Translations under genes and position numbers: made by a program
DNA from: Azolla caroliniana
Taxonomy: Eukaryota; Plantae; Polypodiophyta
Reading direction: 5' to 3'
DNA: 41,924 nucleotides
Assembly: GCA_043228905.1 (NCBI GenBank)
Contig: JBHGNT010000272.1
Coordinates: 1-41,924 of the forward strand
Part shown: positions 21,197 through 34,470 of the stretch, piece after piece
Numbering within the stretch: the first letter of the stretch is position 1
Layout: each line of letters begins with the position of its first letter
The notes under the pieces: generated by a model
Told to the model about the DNA's origin: nothing
What the model saw: the letters and a program-made list of their open reading frames with translations, nothing else
The model's database searches: none

Positions 21197-24100
21197 TCAT
21201 GGTTCAAGCAAAGTTGTCTTTAGAGGACTACTAGCTTTCCCACTTGTGCCAGACACAACCTCTGGATTAAGATTAGGTTTTTTCATACGCGGTTTGTGCT
21301 TGCGTTTACGAAATCTAGCTGTAATACCTACGGTCACTCGAAGAGTTGTGTTAGCCATAGCTCTTGCTAACCAATTCCTATCTTTATCTTTCTTCAAGTG
21401 TGAGATTTCTTGGATGATTTGATCATCTATAGGAAAGAAAGTGGTTTGGAATGCTTTGTATAAGAATGCCGGGGTTAGGGCTGCGATGGTGACTAGAATA
21501 GTAATGAGCCAATAGGAAGGGGATGGTGCACATGCTTCTGTGAAAATTTGATAACCTGTGGTCGAAATCGTGGGAGGAAAATATCCATAGACCACCACAA
21601 ACAAATACCACATAAGAATACTACCCCAAATACATGCATGTTGAACCCATGTGAAATACTTCGTAAATATGAAAAGGTTGCAATTCACCGTCCATACTAC
21701 CCCAGTGTATAGAGTGGCCCCTAATACTTCGAGTCCTGCCACTTCTCCTCCCTTTCGAAATGCTTGCATTTTCAAGATACTCACAGTGAAAAAGAAGACA
21801 ATCACTGAGCTCAATATCCCATCAGATATGTAACCAAGGATTCGAAACCATCGGAAATGCAAGTTCTTAATTCCTTGTTGATATAGATGCGGAAACTGCA
21901 ACAAACCATCAATCCAAAAAATATATTTATGTTTCGAATAAATAACTCTCCACAACACAATTACATGAAGGGAAAGACACCAAAATACCACCAACTTGTT
22001 GGTATTTGACGAGGATCGCCACCCCTCTAAGGTAGTAAATTCAGTACATACTAAAAGGGGGTCATTCTAGTAATTTGTTAAGACTTAGGGACATGCTGGG
22101 AAATATCCAAAAAGTAATGGGTATCTTGGTGTTTTTCCCTTAATTCAACTTAACGAATTTCATACGTTAAGCATGAATTTATCCATCCAAATCTTATTGT
22201 ATTTGGGTACGCTCTCAATTGAATCCCATGAATTCCCTATGTTGAGTAAACTTAGTGACTATCCCAAACAAAGAGGTACTTTTGAGTTTTGCCCTTTAGT
22301 GAATGCAGTGAATGAACTTGATGTGTTAAGACGACAGAATTCACTATTTTAGAAGTGCATTCTGATCATTTCTGGAAGGTGAAAGGTTATTTTCTGTGTT
22401 TCAACCTAATTAAATCATACGAATTCCATATACTCAAGTCCACAAAGTTTACTACTGCAGAACTGAATTCTAGTAATTTTTGTTAGCAAGGTATATTTTG
22501 GTCTTTTGCCCTTAAATTCAAGCTTTGGCTACATATAACCTAAACCTTAAATTTTCTGAGCTGTTCACCTTAGGGAAAAGGTTAGTGCCTATTTGTTGCC
22601 AAATATCTACTTTTCAAGTACTTTGGAAACTGTTAGGGAAGTTTTTATGGACAAGTGTTTTTGTAAAGATCTGCTCAATTTCAAGTAGTATTTCGCCAGA
22701 AAGTCAAAAGCTTAATATAGTGAATATTTGAAAGATTACTCCCAAAAGCTATTTTTCGAAAGGTTAACCTATGAAATTTCCCAGTAATTTATATTTAGTA
22801 AGTCCCTGTGGTTATGTTTTACGAAATTTTAATAACTCTTACCTGTAGCTTAACCCGTGCTGAAACATCCTGTTCAAGCACACCTAATGCAATGACTGGC
22901 AAGGATGTGAAGAAGACATTGAATAAGGACATATACCAGTCATTATATGCTGCTTGTGCAGAAAATGCTGCATAGACTTCATAATAAAACAAAGTGAACC
23001 CAAAATGTATGTTCTTGTAAAAGAAATAACAGATCTGAGAAAAAAACAAAGAAAAAGAATACTTCAGCACATTACTATAGAAAGACAATGGCCATTGGAA
23101 AGATTAGTTAAATGCAATAATAATATTGTACCATGTGCGCAATCCTTTTGTAACACCAACTTCCATGTACAAGCAGCAATCTCTCTAAGTAACAAAACTG
23201 TGCTATCGAGAAGTCACTTGCCATTGTGGCCTGAATGAGTAATAAAAACCTCATGAGAATATACTAAATTATGCTCAAAATATTAAACGGATCCTAAGAA
23301 TCCAGTAAATTATAGTAAAAACATACATGGGTCATCAGAAAGCATCATCATGGTTTACCTGCATACCCTCAACTCCACTGATACCCACACCCACATGTGC
23401 CTCTTGGATCATACCTACATCATTTGCACCATCCCCAATACCCAGTGTGATATGACCTGTACTTCTCTTCACCAGCTTAGTTATCTGAAATCAGTATTTA
23501 CAACGGCCTGAATTTCATATGAGTGCAAACTTTTATAAAAAGTTGGCATTGCTTGTTATAATAGTGCAGAAAATATATTTAAAGAAAAATGTGCATCAAA
23601 ACCTTACAGATTTCACTGCACACATTGTCTGATCTCCCATATCCTATAGGGACAATACAAATTGCCATAACATATTTAAAGCTCGACATATTCCTGCAGT
23701 ATACATGTACATTGCATCATGTCTGGGTTCATGGAGATCTTTCCAAGGCAGAAATTTCTATCCATCTAAGCTCAGACTGGTGAGTGCTTAGATAATGAGA
23801 ATATTGGCTGCTCTTGTCCCTGCTGCGGAGAGGTGGTTGGGGTAATCACCCTCACTTCCACATTATGTCAGGGGAGGTAGTGACCATCAAAACTGTGAAC
23901 TTTCCTCCTTCAGCAGTATTCCTTCTGGTTCCTCTGTTCCTTCTCATCAGCCATCATGATCGAGGATTTCCATTTTCCTAGCTACTGGCATGGATGAGTT
24001 AATGTCTACGGTTGTAACCTTTGCAAGCTCCCATTGGGTAATATGATATTTTATAGACGTTAATATTTCTTTCTTTCTTCTGTGTGAATATGGATTGCTA

Positions 24101-25146
24101 TGTAACCTATGATTAAAGTAAGAATGTATCTCAATAAAGATCCAGCAATGGTACATTTATTTTAGTTGCTGAAATAATCCAGTTTTCAAACCAGCATCCT
24201 ACATTAAGAGCCACATCATCCAGCGAGAGGATGCAAGTTTATAGTTGTAGCTGAAGTAGAAGTCTATATCCAAATGGAATATACACAAAAAAAGCAGATT
24301 TCACACTTGTGAGAAAATGGAGAATTGTCTTTTGGTCCAATCAGAAGAATCTCGAATTACAAAAGACAAATTCAAAATAGGATACCGAAGAATCACCATT
24401 TTCTTGTTTTCAACCTCCAATCCCAATATGTCGAGGCCAGGGGGGTGATGTTTTGTTTTGATTTCTTGTTTATGTGGACGGAGAGGATAAGAAAGGTGAA
24501 GAAAGATGAGAAAGGATACAAGATTAGCTACCTATGATAAATTGGCGTTTCTGGTATAATTGGTGTACATGCAACGCATTCCTATTTTATATGGTCAGTT
24601 CTCTTTGCATCCTTTTGGACATACCCCCTTTAAACTGGGTGCTTCGCCATATCTGACATATCTCTTCTTACTTACATAAGTACAGTATCAACATATCAAT
24701 TCTAAAGGAAAACAAACGGGTTTACTGACATATTCATCAGCCATTGTATTCATAATCTAGGTGTAAATCAATCCTAACATCTAAAACTGGAGCAAAAAGT
24801 CGGAGGATAGAAAACAGGACAAAATAGTCAGTATAACGGCATATGCCGATATATGGGTAAAAAACATGGATAGATTGTGTCCCATACCAACAAATTTTCT
24901 TCCATACATGGCTCTTGAACTTTTATTAGATACATTTTCAGGAAAAACTCGATAATAGGTCGTAAGCTTTTCATCATTTCCTAGGGCTACTCCGCCCTCA
25001 GATGCCCTTGTTGAGCACAGTAAGGAGCTATTTTATGGTGAATTCATCCCATTTTATCCAATGATATATGTATCTGCTATTTGAGCAAGTATTCTCTTTT
25101 GTAGGGTTTGACGAAGGGTGTTTGAGAAATAGCTCAAAACTCATGT

Positions 25147-25194
<48 letters not shown>

Positions 25195-28100
25195 GCAGGT
25201 GCAGGGCAGTTTGAGGAAGTAATCAACAAAAGGGTTTTTGAACTGACGTTTCTTTTTAACATGCTTTGAAGTTTGACTCATACACGTAAATACATACACA
25301 AAAGTAATGTGAACAGACACCAAAAAAGCCTTCATCAACCTACCATGGCTTTTTGTTTGGGGGAGACCCTACAGCAGATGACAGACCCACATTTGATGGC
25401 CAAACTCATTAGATGACCCTCCAGATCCTTTCCCAGAGCAAAATCCAATGCCTTGCCATCAATGATCAATGCAAAGGCTGCATCACTGTCTTCCTCCTCT
25501 TCTGTCTGTTGTTTTCCAGAAGTAATTTTCTGTTCTACAATCTGGCGGGAAAGCTATGGAAACGAACGCAGTCAATATGCTACAAATCTGTGCACTAAAG
25601 ATTCATGAAGTAAAGACAGTTGAAAGAAAACAAACTTCAATAGCCTTACGTTATTGACTAGTTCTTTATCTCCAGATGCCTCGGCATTCTTGATTTCTTC
25701 GTTGTCCAATGAGATAATCACTTGTATCATGTCTTGGCGAAGTAGGCTGCATGCAAATCTGTAAAAAAAACAGGAAACAATTACGTGATTGTTGTTTTGA
25801 AATCTGTAAACGAAGGAAAACGATTAACTCATGATCGTTTTTGAATATGTATGCATCGGATGGAATTGAAGGATCACTACTTAATACGTATACGTACCCG
25901 ATATTGATGGCAGTCTCCAATTTGTCACCTGTCAAGACCCAGATTTTAATCCCAGCTTGAGCGAGCCTATCTATACATTGTGGAACCTAAAAAAAAAAAA
26001 ATAACAATTTTACAGGTTAAACTAACTCACATTTGGGGCTTAATATGTTATATAGCTGGTTTTTGCTTAGTTTGCTTAATATGGGAAAGAATGAAAATTC
26101 TGGGACATAAAAACAAAAGGTCTGAGAGTAATTCCCAGTTCTTCACTATTAATATACATACTCCTTTCTGCAATTTGTCCTCAACGCCAGTTGCCCCAAC
26201 AAGTATCAGATCTTTCTCTATGAGCTCAGATGCATCTTCTAGCTTTACACCTCTATCAGCTCCAACGTATGTCTTTGCTTTGGTGAATTCTTGATTCCAA
26301 GATTCGTATTCAGAGGCATCAATTTTCCGATAGGCAAGAGCAAGAGTTCTAAGCCCAGCATCAGCATAATCAGCCAGATGTGACCTTGTAGCCTCCTCAT
26401 ACTCCCTTCCATCCTTCCCCAACCTTTCATATATCACACTGAAACGAAAGATTACACAGATTTATTACAAATTTTCTGAAAGAAATTCAGGTAAGCATTG
26501 ATAGCATCAGAATAAAATCTAGCTCAAATGCAACGGTCTAATTACTGGATCTAGTTATCATGGAGCCCTCGATCACAAGTTGGTCCAAGATGCACATGGC
26601 ATACATAGCTCACAAACCACCAAATTAGAACACACAGTTCTATAGAAGTGAGGATTGCTCGTTTACAACAATTGCAGTGCAAGAAAAGAAGAGGAGACTG
26701 TAGGGGAATAAACGTTTAAAGGAAGTGTACGATGGCAAAGATGAGCAAATTGTAGTGTACGAAAGAAAGAAGGTTGCATTATATAAGAAGAATATTATAT
26801 GCGAGCTATCATTATGTGTAATATATTATATTTCATCTTAAAAACAATGAACAAACATCATGGATCTTGCTGCAGATCTTCATTTTATTTTGAAAGATGT
26901 AAATTACTTCAGCTTTTACAGAAATTGGCATACAAAGTAGTACTTTGGAGTTCGATCAACAAAATAAACGTTTTCCTTAACATGAAGCAGGGTAAAAAGT
27001 TTGGAAACTAAGAGCCATTTCATACTGCAAAGAATAGCTCTGTATGCCCGTTGTGCTGGTAAGAACATAACTTAATCATTGCTGAGATTAGGCTAATTTT
27101 AAAGAAAGATTAATATAACATGGAGGATACCTGTCAGCACCTTTGCAAAAAAGAAAAATATTTTCTTCTTCATCCTTGATAACAACTGACATGCGCTTTC
27201 TAGTACTGTTGAATTCCAAAACCTCAAGAATTTTATATTCCCTGCAGTGAAGGGGAGTCAAAATGGACACAACATAGCAACACATCTGCGAATTCACATA
27301 AACTCGAAAGAAGCTACAAGGCATAAACTCAGATTCGTGTACATGAGCATGAGAAAAAGAAAACAGGCCTTCCTGCTATATTACTCATCATTTCTAGGAA
27401 CAACTGCCATTTCTCCACATGTAAATAATTAGCCTTGCCTTAAGGCAAAGGGTTCATGTTTTGGAATTAAGTGGTTCTGTAAGGTACTAAAGGTAAGTTT
27501 GTAAAACCATATATATATATATTTGTTACTATGCAATGTGCATGATTCCAAGCTAACAATGCAGAGATTTATAATAAGGAACCTAGCATTTCACAACCTT
27601 GAACTCACATGGAATTTATTTCATAAGACTTGAACTCATAAAACTTAAAACCCTAAAATATATGATTTTGTTTAAAATGTAGGGTAGGGCTTGAAAATTA
27701 ACAAACCTAATTAACAAAGGATATGCATATGCGGCCCTACCATACCTAAAATGTTAAAATGTAGGGTAGGGCTGCATATCTATCTGTATGTATTAATAAA
27801 GAAAAATGTAACTCACTGCATTCATTGTAAATCTTTGATTCGAGCATGCACCAAACCTAATTAACATTTAATTACATAGATAGCCATGTGTGCAATATCG
27901 ACATGTTTTAAAGCGTGCGTATGAGCTTTAGAAAAAGGTAAAATAATTATGTAACTCACCTTGTAACTCTCTCCCCAGTTACAATATCAAGCTCTCCAAC
28001 AGAAACGCTGGATAGAGTTCTCTTCGTCAATTCAAATCCTAATTCTCGGGCCGCAACAACAAATGCTGCTTCATCTGGAGATTCTGCCTCATAGCTGATC

Positions 28101-31100
28101 CGCCCTGTTTCTCCATCTCTCTCTGGGATGGCTGTATGGCAGGTTGCCAAAATACGAAAAAACAGCTGAATGTTAGCCCAATCTTTTTCCTCTTTCCAGT
28201 GGCCATTCGTGAGCCTCCCATCCTTGAAGTTGAACCCTTTTACATGAGGCTTTTCAATCAAGTATTCGTCGTTGATAGCGATGCTATCATCAATTATTGT
28301 ATCAATCCCATCCTCTTGTTGCCCATCCAAATGACCCTTCCCATGCCTCTTGGCTGCAGCCATTTCTACTTCAGTGACGCCTTGTCCATAAGCGATCCCA
28401 GCTATGGAGCATTTCACGAAGTCCATCTGATTGCATGTCAGCGTTCCTGTCTTATCAGATAAAATAGTGCCGATTTGACCTAGCTCTTCATTCAAGTTGG
28501 ATGTGCGTGCACGAGCGGGTGTATCTGCCGCTTCATAGTACATATTGACATCTTGATTTATGAACATGGCCTGTGCAACCTTGACCACTTCGATGGAGAC
28601 ATACAAAGAGATGGGTATGAGGTAGCCATACAGAATGAGGGCGGTCACAAGATGCAGAAACGCTGCGATTAATGGTTTCTTGGGGTTATAGAAAGCAGTG
28701 GAATCGTCTGGCCTGAGGTACCACCAGTGAGGTGTATCTTTCCTCGTTATAATGCCGAAAAACACCGACCCAACCGCAGACATAATGAACAATGCGGCGA
28801 AGAGAAGATAGATGATGAGATCCATTCTTCTCTCAATATCACTTCTCTTCGATGGAGGAGGGGTGGCATTTTGCATGACTTTTGTGTCGTGGCCGCTGAA
28901 TATGACAGCTCCATAGATGTATTCTGTGTTCCTTAGCTTGGAATCACGTAACAGAACCTGCTGAGGCCCTAAGGATTCCTCCTGTTCATCGATCACAAGC
29001 TTTCCGATAAAGCTATAGAGCAAAGGATTAGGATCTTCACACACGATCTTTCCATAGAAAGATTCGAAGTGTTCATCCTGCTCTAAATTCACTGTGCTCT
29101 CTAAAGATCTCTTCAATTTCAAGTTGGTCTCACCATCAAGATTCATGGTTTCTACGTAACATATCCCATCTTCAAAACTAGAAGATAGCAGTAAAAGGTC
29201 AGCTGGGAAAAAATTGTCTTTCTCAACTTTCACAACATCTCCAACTCTCACCTTCTTCCATCCTGTAGCAGTAAATTTCCCATCCCCTTGGTGTACAAGC
29301 ACTTTCCGATTATTCACCTCCTGGTCCTGCGCATTCAGAAGACAAAACCTCTCAGATTTATACTCCTTTTTCCCGTAACGTATGAAAATACAACACTGAT
29401 CTTAGAGTCAGATTCACAAGATCGCTGAATCACAGGAATGATACACGTACTAGGGATCTATATGCATCATTAATGTAAGTGCTCCCTCTCTCTCTCTCTC
29501 TCTCATCCTTCCATTTCTAGACAATGTAGCTGCCCTTGTACTTAGGATTTGATCACCAAGGGCAAACTTACAGTAACGTTTTCTGGAACCATGTAATTTA
29601 CGTTGCTCTTTCAGGCCGTGAATCATTCATTGCGCGCAATTATTTACTTTCCAACTAAGAAACATCCCCGCTCTAAAGCATGCCAAGCACCTGATATTAT
29701 AGCTATATATAGGAAGATAATATTGCAAAGGGATCATATTTGGAGGCAAATGCGAGCAATAGATTCAACTATGCATTCATCAATTGAACCTATTGCACAC
29801 TAAGAGGTTTTGTACAGCCGAACACCAGGAGGTTCTTCAAGTGTGATGTTCTTCTTATTGTTTTCATCACTTATCATCAAGTCATGACAAAGTTCTGGTT
29901 AATCCTTGTTCTATTCCAGATTTGATCACTTGCTATTATGAAGGCATGACAAAAGGACCTGGATCTACACTAGATTTCCATGCTCAAATGTAGATGAAAT
30001 TGGGCATGGATTGTGCATTACTTAACCAACCTTCATGTCAAATCATTGTAGTTAATGCGTAGAGACTAGCTGGGAGTATTATGAATCCATCATTCTGGAT
30101 ACAGAATCAAATGGAGTGGCAGGCATTAATGTCGACGGAAGTCCATAGAGGCAAGAGCGCATTATGAATCTATCATTTTGAAAACTACAGAAATGGGGCA
30201 GTTCGGTCAAAATTGCAGACTCATTCTTTAAGACAGGAAATGAAATGCTGATCTTCACGTTAAAAACTTCTACTTTCATCTAAGAGCAAAACAAGAATGC
30301 AGCGTTAATAGAAAGAGTACACTGATTAAAGGCAGGAAGTGCATATCTTAATGCAAAAGGTCTCTGGTTGAAGCCAAGGAGCTGGAGCATAATCCATATA
30401 CGCAGCAGAACAAAAGCACAAACTGATGTAATATCCAGTTATGGAGCTAAGAGTACTTAGATCCAGGAGCTGGAGCATAATCCATATACGCAGCAGAACA
30501 AAAGCACAAACTGATGTAATATCCAGTTATGGAGCTAAGAGTACTTAGATCCAGGAGCTGGAGAGCGGATCTTTTAATAGAGATCGCAGTTTCATTAAAC
30601 AATGACCGAGCATATCATAGGCAGCAAAAGATACACATTAATCTAATCGATAGTAAACGGCAATGGAAACTGGAGGTCACAGAAATTGGTGTAGAAATGG
30701 AGTGCGGAGTTTGCAGATGCAGATTGCATTTCAGCAAGCCAGGAAAGACACATAAAGCAAAATATATATAAAGTTCAGAGAGTTTGTTGAAGAAGCCAGG
30801 CCAGGAAATGGAGTTCTGTGATCTGTGATGTAGACCACTTCTAATTGAAATCAATTAGAAACTAGGGCGTAATCACAGGAAACACACACAAATGCAATGG
30901 GTGTAAAGGAAATTAAATACAGAAAGAAAGAATAGTATTTCTGATGATCAGATACGATTACAAGACTATTAATGATTAAAAGTTCAACCCATGAAAGGAG
31001 AAAAAAGAACTGATTCTGTGATCATTTAAACCATATTAGAGAAATGGATGAAGAAGAGATAATGTTCCAAGTATATATAGAAGGATATATAATTTACCTG

Positions 31101-31655
31101 CAAGAACCGATGCCAATCTTCGAGAGCTTCTTTAGCCATGCTTACTCCCACCACGAAGACGAGAGGGGCGATGAGGCTGGCGGCAGAGAAAGGAGAGAGG
31201 GGAGTGACAGAGAGTGCAGCAGTGAAGAGGAAATAGAGGTTCGCAACTCGCCTGAATTGCTCGAAGAGAGCTTTGGGAAGGAACGTCACCAGGTTATACT
31301 TTGTGGTAGACACCCAGTTTGAAGGATAAACAGGGTTATCCCCACGTTTCGAACTGTTCTTCCTACCATAACCCTGAGGTTTTCGAACATTCTGTTCTGA
31401 TGATTTCCCATCTGGCGATGGGAATTTCCCGATCCTCACTAGTCTCGAGAATCCTTCTGTTCCTACTGATTTGATGGAGCCTCCTTCCTCATCTGTAATG
31501 GAGAACGGTCTCGCACACGAGAATGTATGGAGTTTGCTCCAACTCAGTTTCTTGCGGGGCTCGGTACTTTTAGTATTTGATTGTGACGATGATGATTCCT
31601 TGTTTTGTTCTTCTTGATCTTCAACCAATTCTGTAACAGCAGCACTAGTATCCAT
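21197..31655 (-). CDS. ALA: P4-type ATPase / phospholipid flippase (ALA4-12-like), 11 coding exons: 31655-31098, 29326-27960, 27241-27131, 26438-26162, 25986-25898, 25758-25650, 25553-25344, 23484-23359, 23230-23132, 23034-22843, 21895-21197
   Basis: Motifs [83 protein letters not shown] and YFFYKN. All introns are GT-AG and the exon sum is 3837 nt, in frame (~1278 aa). Confidence 0.96.
21970..22139. mobile_element. MITE (Mutator-like) in ALA intron 10
   Basis: TIRs GGGAAAGACACCAAAATACC and GGTATCTTGGTGTTTTTCCC (2 mismatches). Flanks TTACATGAA and TTAATTCAA may be a decayed 9-bp TSD. Confidence 0.7.
25150..25191. repeat. (CT)n microsatellite in ALA intron 7
   Basis: Pure dinucleotide run. 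Confidence 0.95.
30377..30563. repeat. Perfect 88-bp tandem duplication in ALA intron 1
   Basis: Units start at 30377 and 30465, and AGGAGCTGGAG recurs at 30553. Confidence 0.95.
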
Positions 31656-31920
31656 GGCGATCAAATCTTTAAACTTGATTAGGAGCGATGAATTAATGAA
31701 GGCTGATCAGCTCGCAGATGATGTTCAGAGGTAATGCAATACTCTGTGGCAGCTTATAAGATGAGGAAAGTGGTGGGAAAACATGCAATTTCCTTTGGGA
31801 ATTGGCTCATTTTATTGATGGTATTGAAACAGAGAAGAAGAGGAAGAAAATGTTTCCTTTTCAGATTCATGAATCACGAGACTAATTGAGGAACTTCAAG
31901 GAGCTAATTGGAGAATATTT

Positions 31921-32628
31921 CTTCTTCTTCTTCTTCTTCTTCTTCTGCAGCAGTAGCTATGGCGAATTGGAGATCAATCAAGTTTACCTATCAATTTGCA
32001 TTGTAATTAGAGGTGGGGTGAGGAAGAAGAAGAAGAAGAAGTCGAAAGAGGAGATTCGTTTGTGAAGGAGATCCCAAGACTTCGTCTTCGTCTTCGTCTT
32101 CCTCTGCAGACAGACGACTAGTAGGGGGCAAGCATGGCGAAAAGGAAGGTCAAGCAGCTTAATGTCAAATGAAACGCAGACTGATCAAACTGTAATCGGA
32201 GGAAGGATGAAGATAATGCTGAAATTTTAGGGCTGAGGAAGTGGAGGATGGCGAGGAATTTGGGTAAGAATGGCGGGATGGATGGATGGATGGATGGATG
32301 GATGGATGGACACTAGAAAGCTTCTTGACTGGTCTCTGAAACAATTTCCGGCAGCAGAAGCAGATCATCTAAAAAGGAGCATCTGCAAAAGAGGTAACAG
32401 AGAAAGAAAGAAGGTAGGAGGGGGTTTGTGTAAGCAGGATGAAGTGGCCATGATTATTATTAGCCTAGAGAGAGAGACAGGAAGATTCGAGAGAGAGTGG
32501 CTGCAAAGGGTAGGTTACTTTCGGGGGGGGGGATGGGGGCAGCAGCAGCTGTGGAGATCATAATTTAGAAAGAAATTGTATGCATCATCATCAGCAGCAG
32601 CAGCACAGAATCGAAGGAGGAGCAGCAG

Positions 32629-32660
<32 letters not shown>

Positions 32661-32817
32661 TGTTTTGCTCTGTTTTCTTCTGCTGTGTGTGTGGCGTGTG
32701 TATATGTGTGGACACGTGAGACTTGTTTTTGTGAAGGCAATACAAACGATGGCCCCGCGCGCAATAGTAATAGTAATATACTTAATATGTATGTAGTTTG
32801 TAGTAATACATACTACA

Positions 32818-32849
<32 letters not shown>

Positions 32850-33025
32850 TGTAATAAATAGCACTAGAGAGCAACACTAGTCTACACAATACACGTGCGT
32901 TATACATACACAATACACACAATACACAATACACAATACACAATACGCGTACGTATGGTATGCTACTAATTTCTTTTATGGAATGCATGTGATTGGTTCA
33001 TTTTGGTATTTGTGTAGTTTGACTT

Positions 33026-33074
<49 letters not shown>

Positions 33075-33139
33075 TTGTCTGTCTCAGTCTCTGCCTCATG
33101 TCTGTCTGTCTGTCTGTGTCGGACCCCACCGCCTTCAGA

Positions 33140-33170
<31 letters not shown>
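31921..33170. repeat. Microsatellite cluster in the ALA 5' UTR/promoter: (CTT)n, (GAA)n, (GGAT)n, (TAG)n, (CACAATA)n, (CT)n, (GA)n
   Basis: Runs visible near 31921, 32023, 32276, 32627, 32818, 32908, 33025 and 33144. Confidence 0.9.
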
Positions 33171-34470
33171 TCTCATGGGATCGAATCTCAAAAAAGCACC
33201 TTCCCTCCTCCTATTCTTTTATTTTATTTGTATGAGGCACCCACGAACGACCCACGAGTAACGACCACCCTTTCTTTTCTCCTCTTTTTTATTTTCCCTT
33301 TGTTTTTTGCCTGCCTGTCCCCGTGACCCCCACGACTTCTATCCATATTTCAGATCTCATTTTTTTACCTCACCCCCTCCCCCTCTTCTATTCTGCCTGC
33401 CTTCCCTCCCTCCTTCCCATTGGTTGAACTTAGAATCATTACCCAACCCAAAGCAAACCCATAGAAAGCTTCGTGGTTTATATAAAAAAGGACATCTACC
33501 AACCTACCTACGACAAAACAAACAACAACAATGTCCAACAACACCACCCAAAAACATATGTAGATAGCTAGTGCTTCTTGTTGCTATTTTGCAATGTCCT
33601 CTCCCTCATGAGTCCATACTAAGTAAGTTAAGTATGCATCATATGCCTGCCCGAGTCAAGTCAAGTATATGGAGAAAGGGAGGGATAATCATGAGTGAGC
33701 TACCCTAAAAAGGATTTCTTTCCCCAACTGAAAAGGCTTGTTGTGCCAAAAACTCACATACACATTATCAAAATCTTCAAGCCTTTCTATTCATTCTACA
33801 TGTGAGCAGGACATGGACGGGAGCATCTCTCTGAGGTTGGTCCCGCATCTAGCACAAGCTTTCAACCATTCCAACTTGTCAAACTTGTGGCCGGTTTATT
33901 AGAGAGTACACCATGTGAGTAATAATAGTTTCCAGGAGCATACTAAGCTCCATATCTACTAGAATCGATAACTCCACAGTCTCCACTAATGAGTGGATCA
34001 GCTTGTACTCCAAATCTCATTCCCTAACCTAGGTCCTAGTGTAATAGCTAGGCATGCGATTTGGTACAACACTCGTAAGCTTTAAAGGGCAACATTTGAA
34101 TTGCAATCTTGTATTAATGATGAGCGATTGATGAAACAATGGAAGGTAAAATAAGCACCAAAAGACACAAGATAAATAACCTTAGGAATTGATCCTAAAG
34201 GCTATTTTTAAAGGTTTTAAGGGATTAGATTAGCGAGAAGTTGTTAGTTCGAGAACTTGGGACAAACCCGAAAGGACATGGGACATCAACTGCACTACAT
34301 CCAATGTATAACACAGAAACCGATTGACATCCTACACACAAAATAGATATAGGAATCACACTATGAACTTGTACATATGTGTTTAGATATACTATTACAA
34401 AATGTGTGGTGTTCTAGCCCTTTAAATACATATGAAATGTGGTTGTTACAATTGTAACAATCACATATAG

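Noticed and set aside
23180-23205. AQFCYL instead of the usual AQFR(F/Y)L in ALA
   Set aside because: The position varies among P4-ATPases and all catalytic motifs are intact, so it is not evidence of pseudogenisation.
23760-24000. GC-richer intron 7 segment with a small hairpin, considered as intronic snoRNA or cryptic exon
   Set aside because: No convincing C/D or H/ACA box arrangement, and the CDS is complete without it.
32165-33567. ORFs with poly-L/E/Y/V/SL/ER runs
   Set aside because: Translations of microsatellites.
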